The notes under the pieces were generated by a model. It saw only the letters and a program-made list of their open reading frames with translations, did not search any database and was not told where the DNA came from. A stretch of DNA of 63,986 nt, filler included, from Hausera hauseri (lineage: Eukaryota), in the NCBI GenBank assembly GCA_046269625.1. It is 11 parts of 11 records of this genome, joined end to end, with 100 filler letters (N's around TTAATTAATTAA, not from the genome) between each part and the next. Parts side by side here need not be neighbours in the genome. Positions count along the whole stretch, not along the records: positions 25,511 to 32,130 come from JBJURY010081103.1; positions 32,231 to 36,708 come from JBJURY010561118.1; 9 more parts are not named here. One strand, given 5' to 3'. The translations under genes were made by a program, and so were the position numbers. How positions within the stretch are numbered: position 1 is the stretch's first letter; each line of letters begins with the position of its first letter. This document shows positions 25,826 to 36,808 of this stretch, piece after piece.

Positions 25826-26639
25826 TGTGACAGATTTTCTGGATTTGAATTTGTATTATATATGCCTAATATATGTCTAATATATGATATTGATGCATTA
25901 AAAGAAAACATACGTAACGAAATATATAGGAGGGTAATTCCGGCAATATATATATATATATATCATTTTTGAATATTCTAGAACATTTTGTTTTAATGCA
26001 TTTGTAAATTTGACAGCACAATTTTGAAATAATGAAAGATAGCCATATAAACACGTGCTGTCTACGTTTATGTATATAATTGATGCATTAAAATAAAACA
26101 CATTTTTAATAGTGGGTTAATAGGTTTTTATATGTGGGGAATCAAATGAAGTCATTAGATTCTTCGAATAATTTACGCTTGATCAAGTATTCGTGTTCAA
26201 ATAGCTATTTATTCGACTTGTAATCTCGAATTTAAATACCTGATGCCATATTCCGATTTAGCATATATGCTTGCCTATCCAATCCCGCTATTCGATTTAT
26301 CGAATTCTGCTTCATTACTCTTCAAATGTACATTTTGCTTAATTCGAAATATTGATTTTATACCTATATAGTACAGTGTCATATTATAATTTATGCATGT
26401 GGGGATTTTCGAATACGAGTAATCGATTTTCGCCGTTAGATTTTTCGAATAGTTCGAACTTCGATTTTTGAACTCGAAAAAATTCGAATTTCGAATTTTC
26501 GACTTGAGATTCGAGTTCGTTATAGCCGATTTCCTATCTGCCCCCACTCAATGTTGGATGGAATTTCGCTTCCTATGACCTAAAAACCTTTGGAAAATTT
26601 GGCCAATTTGCATTTTGGAACGATATTAATCTATAACTA

Positions 26640-27412
26640 ATCAATAAATTTAAATTCTAACTGCACATATTATTGACATATTATTGACTTTTGCACACTT
26701 GCACACACGTTTTTGCACTGCACACCACATATCAAGGTGCATCTTGATGTGCTCTATCCACCTGCACTTGACCCCGATCAATTCCGTAAATCCTGCGCAG
26801 CACAACTGCAAAAGTGTGCAAAGTGAAAAAGTGCCATGGAAACCGTATCCACGTATACACCACACTGGAATTTTGCACTGAATGATCTACATCAAATGCT
26901 GCACCTGTCTGTATATGTGCCATATTGATATTATTGACTTAAAATTTATAGCGGAAAGGCCTATGTACCTTCACCCTTAGTTGACGTTTTATTAAAACCA
27001 ATCAATATATTCAAATTCTAACTGCACATTCACATTACCAGTCATGTGTGCTACCGATTGCACCGATCCCGAGTGATAATCATCAATATTAGAAATATCG
27101 GAAATCCATTATTATTGATTTTTGCACACTTGCACATGTGCTGCACACTTGCACTTGCACCAATCAATGCACCTCGATGTGCTTTATCGATTAGCCCTTT
27201 GTCGCGATCGATTCGATCAATACTGCACTGTGCAATTATCGATTTGTCAAAGTGCAAAAGTGCCCTTAGCAACGGTTCCTAGGGGCACCGTTGCCTAGCA
27301 CACTACCGATCGATAGTGCTCCGTGGGCAATATCGATTGGCACATGTACACAATCGATTTGTCGATTACCTTCACCCCCGGGGTGAGAGAGAAGGTACAT
27401 TTTCCTCCTACT
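26640..27412. repeat. Polinton/Maverick terminal repeat (TGCAC/ATCGAT-rich, internally duplicated)
   Basis: ~26810-27412 is homologous to ~60715-61298. Both stop abruptly at ...CCTACT(GCT), resembling the Polinton AGTAGT/ACTACT terminus. Confidence 0.7.
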
Positions 27413-30012
27413 GAAGGCTCATCCGCGAAGCCGAAGAAAGCCAAAATAAGAAGAGCGGTTGGACTTTAGCAACAATAAAGGGGTTACTGTTGCATGTGCA
27501 CAAGTATTCTCCCATGAGAGGCAGCTACTACATACCGCTTTCTGGTTGGATAGTTAAGAAAAAAGCATGCGTCAGTGTCCATAATAATGACAGCATGTGC
27601 TTTATGTATTCTATTTTGTCAAAACTAGTCCAAGATCAACATAATGCTTCCCGAGTTTGGATATATAACAAAGTGCAACACACATACGACTTCACCTGCA
27701 TTTCATTCTCGCCGAGCCTAGATGAAGTTGTAAAATTTGAAAGCTTGAACAACATTTCCATCAACATTTTCGGATTGGAGGAGAACAAATTTTATCCCTT
27801 ACATGTGCGCAAGGGAAAATTGGAGGATCATAGAGATCTGCTCCTGCTAGATGATGGAGAAACGAGGCATTTTATCTGGATCAAGAATTTTGAGCGCCTC
27901 ACATGATCCCAAATATCCAAGCATACATCAAGGCTAGAAATATGCAAATAGATGCTTTACCCATTTTAATGGAGAAACAGTCGCAGAAAAGCTGGTGGAG
28001 CAGAAGACCTACTGCAATAAAAACTATTGCATCCGAGCAGAATTCGCCAAGGAGGATTACCTGGAATTCAAGGAGTTCGAGAAGATGCAGAAGGTGCCCA
28101 TTGTCCTATATTGTGACTTTGAGGCCATCCTCAGTCCAGTTCACAGCTGCAGCCCCAATCCACAACAAAGCAGTACTACAGCATACCAGTATCATGAGTT
28201 ATCATCATACTGCATGTATGCTAAAGGACTGGACAAAGAACCCTACCTATACAGGGGTGTAAATGCAGCAGCACATTTTATGCAGCATCTGAAACAGTAT
28301 GCCCACAAACTGGAAGACATGTTGCAGCAACATAAAGACTACATGGTGATGTTTCAGTAAGAAAAATGTAAATGTCGCAAAGCATCAAAATGCTATTTAT
28401 GCAGGAAGCCATTCACATGGGACAATCACAAATTCACGGATAACTGACGTTTTGCAGGCATATACTGAGGCGCAGCGTACAACAGTTGCAACTTACGCTG
28501 CAAGACATGTACATATGTTCCCGTGGTATTCCACAATCTTAGTGGATAGGATTCCCATTTCATTGTTTGAGAATTGGGTAATATTGAGGGTAACGTTAAT
28601 GTGACTCCAAATAGTGAGGAGAAGTATATCACCCTTACGAAGCATGTGGGCCGCATCAGACTTCGCTTCACTGATAGCTTCCCTTTATGACATCGTCACT
28701 GGACAGCCTTTTGAAGAACCTTCCAGCTAATGAACTCAAAAAGACAAAGAGGTTCTTCCCGAATACATTTGACCTGGTGAAGCGGAAAGGAGTGTTCCCC
28801 TATGACTATACAACGTCATGGAAAGCACTGGAATAAGATGCATTACGGGCCAAGAAGGACTACTATAGTCATTTGCATACAGTCATATAAGCGATGCTGA
28901 TATGAGCACGCCCAAAGAGTATGGCAGACCTTCCAGTGCAGGACAATAGGGAAATACTGTAATATCTTTCTCCTCACAGATGTCGTGTTGCTTACTGATG
29001 TCTTCGAAAGCTTCCGGGATGTGACCCTTAAGAGTCATAAGTTAGATTCAGCCCATTTCTTTACATCTCCAAGAATGAGTTGGGCAGCTATGCTGAGCTA
29101 TACCAGCATAAGGCTCCAGTTATTGAAGGATTACAATATGGTCCTCATGATTGAGAGAGACATCAGGGGCGGAATCGGCCAGGCCATATACAGGTACAGT
29201 GAGTCCAACAACAAATACATGGTAGATTATGATCCATCCAAGAAATCCTCATGTATATCATACCTGGATGCCAAAACTTTGTATGGATGGGCAATGATCA
29301 ACCCATTGCCCTATGGTAACTTTCAATGGGTGGAGCAGCAGCAAGACCTAAATATTAAAGGTATGGATCCCAATGGAGATACGGACTACATACTGGAGGT
29401 GAACGTGGAATACCCACATAGCATCCACACAAGGCATGAGCAGCTGCCTTTTCTCCCGGATAGAAAGAGGCCGCCAAATGGTAAGCATAAAAAGCTGCTC
29501 TGTCACCTCGAAAACAGGGAGAGGTATGTAGCCCACTACGTAAATCTCCAACAGACCATCCAAAATAGACTTCGGGTCATCAGGATTCATCGAGCCCTGC
29601 CTTTCAGCCAGTCCAAATGGCTGAATACATACACATACCTCAATACCCACTTGACAGCCAATGCCAAGAACAAGTTTGAAAAGGACCAATTCAGGCTGCA
29701 TAACAACTCAGTCTTTGGCAAAACTATGGAGAACATCCGGAACCGGATAAACATCGAGCTGGTATGTGACTGGAAGAGGACAAAGAAACTCATCGCCAAG
29801 CCCAACTTCCACAGCAGCACAATCTACACATAGAACTTAATGAGCATCCATATGCTGAAGACATCACTTGAGTTCAACAAGCTTATATATGTTGGCATGT
29901 CCTTATTGGATCTATCCAAGACCTTGATGTATGACTTTCATTACAACATCATGGTCCCGACATTCAAGGAGCTCCAGCTAATGTACATGGACACGGAAAG
30001 TTTCATATACAA
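27413..30012 (+). pseudogene. polB: Protein-primed DNA polymerase B (Polinton/Maverick), copy A
   Basis: KSGWTL, YCDFEA, EndoVII-like C..C...GAAYNSCNL, FHNLSG*DSHF, RKGVFPYDY, YLDAKTLYGWAM, HNNSVFGKTMENIR, YMDTESF. Many stops and frameshifts. Confidence 0.93.
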
Positions 30013-32130
30013 TGTCCATAAAAAACATTTGATTTTTTTTGCCAAATCAAAAAAACAAATATTCAGTACCAATATGCCAATAACGACTTTAAAGGAAAAT
30101 TGAGGGTGCAGTTTATGTGTATTGCACATGTGTAATACACAACCCCGAGAATTGCCACAATACCATGTGGAGCTATTATGGTCACAAATTCAATAGGATC
30201 ATTTATTATATCTGCCCAGAATGTGAGGCTGTATGTGATGGCGAATACATACAGTTTTATAAAGATTACAAACATCATCTGACTGACTTCGCAAAGTCAA
30301 AGAAGATCACATTTAATAAACATAAGCCTGCAGTACAGCATGCAATACCACGGACTGCAGTACAGCCAGATGCAGGACTAAAACGCGCATCAGACACATC
30401 AGGCGTAGTGGCTCCAACAAAAAGCCAAAGACAGCGGCCAGTAGATGCTGTAGCATTAAAGAGGAAATGCCGCAAATATGTCATTGAGGCAACTGGTCAA
30501 ACAACCGTCAAGGAGTTCCTGGAGTACACAAAGAAAGAAAAAGAGGGGATTCTTCAGGACAATATGAAAGAACTCAAAGCCCTTAAAGTCAGTATAAAAC
30601 TGGAAGCCACATACGTCAATACTGATGGCGAAGAATCCAATAAGGCCTTCAAAACCAAAAATAGACCCATATTGGAAAACACCAATATAGCAGAATAGAT
30701 GCAAGGGGTGCACGAGAAGCCGATCCACTAGGCTGAGGAGAACCATGATAAGAAGAGCGGATGGACTCTGTCAATTATCAAGAGATTGCTTGTGTATGTG
30801 CACAAGTACTCTCCCATGGGTGGCAGTTCCTCTATACAGCTTCAGGAACGGATAGTAAGGAAAAAGGCATGCCATTTTATGTAAACTCGTATGGGATCAA
30901 AATCATGCAGCAGATCGAGTTTGGCTATATTAGGATCTGAAGCACAACTATGGCTTTTAATGTATTAAGTTCTCACCAGCCATAGATAAAGTAAAGTAGT
31001 TCGGTTGAATCAACAATATATCAATCAACATCATTGGGTTGGATGATGAAGGCAAATTCTATCCCCTGCTGATGTGCGACGTTGAATTAGAAAACCATAG
31101 GGATCTGCTTCTACTATATTATGGTGAAAAGAAACATTATGTTTGGATCAGTAACTTTGAACTTCTAGTCTGATTCCAAATTACGAAACATCATGGACAA
31201 ATAGAAATATGTAAACCATGTTTTTCATATTTAAGTGGTGATACAGAAGTGGATATGCTTGAAAAGCACAAAACATACTGCAACAACAATCACTGTATCA
31301 GGCCAAAATTTCCCAAGGATGACTATATTGAATTCACGGAGTTTAAGAAGAAGATCAGTGTCCCATTTTTTACCTGTTTGTGATTTTAAGGCTATTCTGA
31401 GTTTAGTTCAGAAATGTAATCCCAGTCCTCAACATTGCAGCACAAAGGCATACCAATATCATGAACTCTCATCGTATTGCATGTATGCCAAAGGACTGGA
31501 CAGTAAACCATTTCTATTCTGAGGTCCAGGTGCAACAGCACATTTCATAAAGCGACTTGAAGACATGGCTCATATGCTTGAAAACGTGTTTCAGCAGCAT
31601 AAGAATACAATAAGCATGTCCTGGAAACAAGAATAATGGCGCAAGGCAACAACATGTTACTTGTGTGACAAGCCCTTCACCAAGGATAATCATAAAGTCG
31701 GCGATAATTGCTTTTTTACAGGTGCATATAGGGGCGCAGCATGCAACAACTGCAATCTTTGCTGCAATACATGCACATATGTGCCATAATCTCAGTGACT
31801 ATGATTCCCATTTCATTGTCCGAGAATTAGGCAACATTGAAGGAAATATTGAGGTGATCCCCAACAGTGAGGAAAAGTATGTCACTTTCACTAAGCATGT
31901 TGATAAAATCCGACTTCGCTTCATAGACAGCTTTCGTTTTATGTCGTCTTCACTGGATGGTTTAGTGATGAATCTCTCTGCAGAAAAATTCAAGGAGTAG
32001 ATGCGATTCTTTTGCACTACATTTGACCTAAACAAGAGGAAAGGCGTGTTTCCCTATGACTATATAACTTCATGGGAAACACTGGATGAGACCTCATTGC
32101 CGGCCAAGAAGGACTTTTACAATATCCTCT
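30013..32130 (+). pseudogene. polB: Protein-primed DNA polymerase B, copy B (N-terminal half)
   Basis: N-terminal Cys/His module, AFKTKN, KSGWTL, VCDFKA, HNLSDYDSHF, FIDSFRFM, RKGVFPYDY. Truncated by the contig end. Confidence 0.9.
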
Positions 32131-32230
32131 NNNNNNNNNNNNNNNNNNNNNNNNNNNNNNNNNNNNNNNNNNNNTTAATTAATTAANNNNNNNNNNNNNN
32201 NNNNNNNNNNNNNNNNNNNNNNNNNNNNNN
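32131..32230. other. Artificial contig spacer
   Basis: N44-TTAATTAATTAA-N44. Confidence 0.97.
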
Positions 32231-32439
32231 GATCACCAATTCATTATCTAGGTGATTACTGATGAACTGTATTTTGGAAGATCGTCTACGTCCGCGATTT
32301 AAACAAAACATTCCTAGTCCATACATTATTTTCAAACGTCGTCGCAAAGGTTCGGACTCAAATGTTGCACCGACTGTAAAAACTCCTTTTAAACTTCCGG
32401 TTTCCTTAAAGTATCATCATTCGTGACGAATCATGGTTC

Positions 32440-32850
32440 CACGAGTACGACATGATCTCTAATGACATTGCAAGAAATGGAAAACAAAACATCAACCACG
32501 AACAATAATTTAGATTATGTTGTACGTATTTTGATATTCATGGTGTTGTCAACGAATTTCGTCTTGATGGACAGACAGTGAATGTTGCCTTTTACATGTA
32601 GGCTATCAAACGCTTGAGAAATCGTGTTCGTCATGTGAAAACAACTACGTGTGGTAGTGATGAATCGCAGCTTCATCACGACAATGTACCGCAACATTCA
32701 ATAGTGATTTTCCACTAGTTTCTCGCCGTAATTCGATTACCACGCTATTTTCTAGCAATTTTCTTTTGTCCAAGAAATGCAAAATGTTCATGAGTGGTCG
32801 GCATAAAGGTGTTATGGAGATGATAAAATTTCAAACATTAACCATCTGAA
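32440..32850 (+). mobile_element. Decayed mariner transposase fragment
   Basis: FDIHGVVNEFRLDGQTVNVAFYM*AIKRLRNRVR and QLHHDNVPQHS (HDN 32677-32685). Confidence 0.8.
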
Positions 32851-33224
32851 TTTTCAACAATATATAATTGAAATTGATTTTAATCTCCAATTATGACTGA
32901 AGTGCAGACAAAAAATAAGCAAACTTAATAACAGAAGTACCATTGTCAAACCACATAATTGATAATTATGGATGAGTTATTAAATCAATTGCTAATTAGT
33001 ACAAATGATGCGCCGCTAACATAGGAAATTGCTTTCAACTAAAATTAATTATTATTCATATTTGTGCACATCATATTAAAGTCAAAGATAGCACATACCA
33101 TAGTGTCTGAAGAGGGCTGTATGGAAACGGGAATGTAAAACATCTTTATGTTGACTTTGGGAGTCAAACAAAGTCTACGTGCTTCTCTTTTCCTGAGAGA
33201 AAAAAACAGAATAAAAGGTAAAAA

Positions 33225-36200
33225 ATACAATAACTCAGCCATTTTTAAAGATACTGAGCTGAAATTTGGCGTATTGGTAGCTGAGGACGATCCCTAATAT
33301 TCTGACTGAAAAACATAAATCCAAGATGGCCGCCTTAGCTAAAAGAGAAAAAACACCATAATTCGGCCATTTTTAGAGCTATTTAGCTGAAATTTGGTGT
33401 AATGGTAGCTGAGAGCGAACCCAGACACCTTTTACTATCAATTCAAGAATTTAGTTTGGCTCTGTGATATGTGCTATCACTTTTGTCAGTGCTTCTTGTT
33501 ACCATGGCAACATATTTTGCTAACAAAAATGCTAAAATTCCCATAGGAAATGAATGGCAGAACACTTTTCAAAGAAACTGAGTAACATCGGGAGCCATTT
33601 TGGTTCAACATGCTTCACAAGGATATGCATGTAATGTAGCCATTTTGGTTCAACATGCAAGGTGGGTTTAGTAGCCATTTTGTTTCAAATCAAAAATCCA
33701 AGATGGCTGCCTTAGCTAATAGAGGAAAAGTGCCATAATTCAGCCATTTTTAGAGCTATTTAGCTGAAATTTTGTGTCATGGTAGCTGAGAGCAAATCCA
33801 AACACCTTTTACTATCAAATAAAAAATTTAATTTGGCTCAGTGAAGTGTGCTATTACTTTTTGGGTGCTTCTTGTTACCTTGGCAACGTATTTTTCTAAC
33901 AAAGAAGCCATGTTTCCCCATAGGAAATGAATGACAGAAAACTCTTCACTAGAACTGCTGCACTCAACTCACCTAAAGTAAACAGAATCTTACTGTTGGA
34001 TTTGTTTGAAACTCACAGAAAGTGATCATGACACATTTGTCTATGACTGATTAACTTTTGGACCCATTTTGATTCAAGATGGCTGCCACAGCTAACTTAA
34101 CAAACAAACATACAAATCATTACAACTCAGTCATTTTTCGACGTTTCACTGAAACTTGGTATAGTCATCGCTTAGAATGGTCCCAAACACTTTGTACTGT
34201 CATATCAACATTTTAAACCGGCAGCAGCCTGGCAGCCCCCGTCAAAGTTTCTCCAGGACCATTCTAGTATTTTAGCTACTATTTAGCTTTTTATGCTAAT
34301 TTCAGCTTTTTCAGCCAAATCCACATTTTTTTTACAATCAATTCAACTTTCTCCTACCTAATACAACAAAAGCATGCTCTACCCACTTCCTTCTGGTAAC
34401 AAAGATATTTCTGCTTGTTTTAGCTATTGTTCAGCTGTTTTTGGTCAATTTCAGCTTTGTTAAGATAATTTCAACTTTATTTTGCTTATTTCTGCTTATT
34501 TCAGATTTTTGAAATTTCAGATTGTTTCAGATATTTCAGATTTTGCAGCTTTTTGCTTATTTCTGCTAGTTTCAGCTTCTTCTGATATTTTAGCTATTAT
34601 TAACCAGTTTTTATGCTAATTTAGGCTTGTGTCAACAATTCCACATTATTTGCACTCATTTCAAATTTTTTCCAGCTTAATTCTGCAAAACTGTACTCTC
34701 TCTACTAACTTCTAAGACAGTTAAGCTTCTTTCTGATATTTTAGATAATATTCAGCTTTTTTTTTAATTTCCGCTTTTCTTCAGTTATTTTCCACGTTTT
34801 GTGTTTATTTCTACTTTTTCTGATCGTTTCAGATTTCAGATTGTTTCAGATATTTCAGATTATTCACAATTATGCTGTTTTAATGCCTTCAGATAATTTA
34901 AGCTTATTTCTGCTATTTTACCCAATATTCAGCTGTTTATGCTATCTTGAGCTTTTTTCAGATAATTTCCACATTTTGTGCTCATTTCTACTTGTTTCAG
35001 ATTTCAGTTTGTTTCAGATATTTCAGATTATTCACAATTATGCTCTTACTGATTTCTTCTGCTAATTTAAGCTTATTTCTGCTATTTTACATCAAATTCA
35101 GCTGTTTTTTGCTAATTCTTGAAAAATAGGCATTCACACATGCATTTTCGCAGGAAATGCAATTTTTCTAGTTATAATTATTATTAGATGTTACTATCCT
35201 GATTCCGTACGTTTTTTGGAATCCTACTCCTTCTACAATTTTTGTGCTATTTCAACAATTCATATATTAAAATGTTCAGCCCATTTAGGACAATCAGGCT
35301 ATGACTTTTGGTACTGGTACAACTTTAGCTATTTTGAAATATTTAGCCACTTCCGCCATTTTTTATCCCATTGAAAATGAATTGAGCTCATTTTAGATCC
35401 TTCTTATCTTTAGATCTCTTTAAAATATTTTACTATTCCTTTCACATTTTGGATCAGCTCAGCTTCCTTCAGCTTCCTTGTACATTTTAAAAAATATATT
35501 TCAGCTAATTTCAGCTAATTTCAGCTGTTTCTTCTACTGCTTTGTGCTTTTTGCAGCTTTATTTAGCTTACTTCAATATTTTTATACTTCTACTGACTTA
35601 TTTCTGCTAATTTCAGATCATTATGCTCCTTTCAGCTAATTTTTGGAAGATTCATATATTTCTGCTATTTCAGCTACTATTTAGCTGTTTTGTGCTAATT
35701 TAAGCTTGTTTTAGCTAATTCCACAATTTTGTTTAATTATTCCAACTTTTTCAGCCTAAGTCTGCAAAACCATGCTTTACCCACTTCCTTCTGGTAGTTT
35801 AAGATTATTTCTGCATGTTTTAGCTGTTGTTCAGCTGTTTTTGGCCAATTTCAGCTTTTTTCAGATAATTTCAACTTTTTTTGCTTATTTCTGCTTATTT
35901 CAGATTTTTGAAATTTCAGATTGTTTCAGATATTTCAGATTATGCTGCTTTGTGCTTATTTCTACCAGTTTCAACCTCTTCTGCTATTTTAGCTACTCTT
36001 AAGCTGTTTTCATGCTAATTTAGACTTGTTTCAACCAATTCCACATTATTTGCACTCATTTCAAATTTTTTCCAGCCTAATTCTGCAATACTGTACTCTC
36101 TCTACTAATTTCTAAGACGTTTAAGCTTTTTTTTGGTATTTTAGATAATATTCAGCTGTTTTTGGATAATTTCAGCTTTTTTTCAGATAATTTCTACAAT

Positions 36201-36708
36201 TTGTGCTTATTTCTACTATTTCAGATTGTTTCAGATATCAGATTGTTTCAGATATTTCAGATTATTCACAGTTATGCTCTTTCTGATTCGGTCTGCCAAT
36301 TTAAGCTTCTTTCAGATTCTTTAGCTACTTTTTAGCTGTTGTTATTTTTTTAGCAAATTACAGCTTTTCTCAGACAATGTCTACTTTATTGCACAAATTT
36401 ATGCATTTCTTAGCCTTAGTTGGCACAGATAAGCTCCTTCCACTTCCTTTTGGAAAGTTAAGCTTCTTTCTACATTTCTTTAGCTACTATTCAGCTGTTT
36501 TATAGAAAAACTATGATAACTCTGCCATTTTTACAGATATTCTGCTGAAATTTGGCATACTGGTAGCTGACAATGATCTCTAATAGACTCTGACAGGAAA
36601 AAACAATTAGGTGAAGTAGCCATTTTGATTTAACAAGCAAATTAGGTGAAGTAGCCTTTTTGAATCAACAAGCAAATTAGGTGAAGTAGCCATTTTGGTT
36701 CAATAAGC
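33225..36708 (+). repeat. Helentron-like repeat cluster with T-rich (ttcagct/tttagct) minisatellite blocks
   Basis: Hairpin + CTAGT end at ~35140-35173 (tgcattttcgcaggaaatgca..ttctagtt) and a CTAGT end at ~34262-34269. Duplicated blocks 33320-33560/33697-33945 and 34270-34880/35665-36285. ~34-bp repeat x3 at 36606-36708. Confidence 0.55.
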
Positions 36709-36808
36709 NNNNNNNNNNNNNNNNNNNNNNNNNNNNNNNNNNNNNNNNNNNNTTAATTAATTAANNNNNNNNNNNNNNNNNNNNNNNNNNNNNNNNNNNN
36801 NNNNNNNN
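36709..36808. other. Artificial contig spacer
   Basis: N44-TTAATTAATTAA-N44. Confidence 0.97.

Noticed and set aside
34799-36002. Hydrophobic F/L-rich ORFs
   Set aside because: They arise from T-rich minisatellite DNA.
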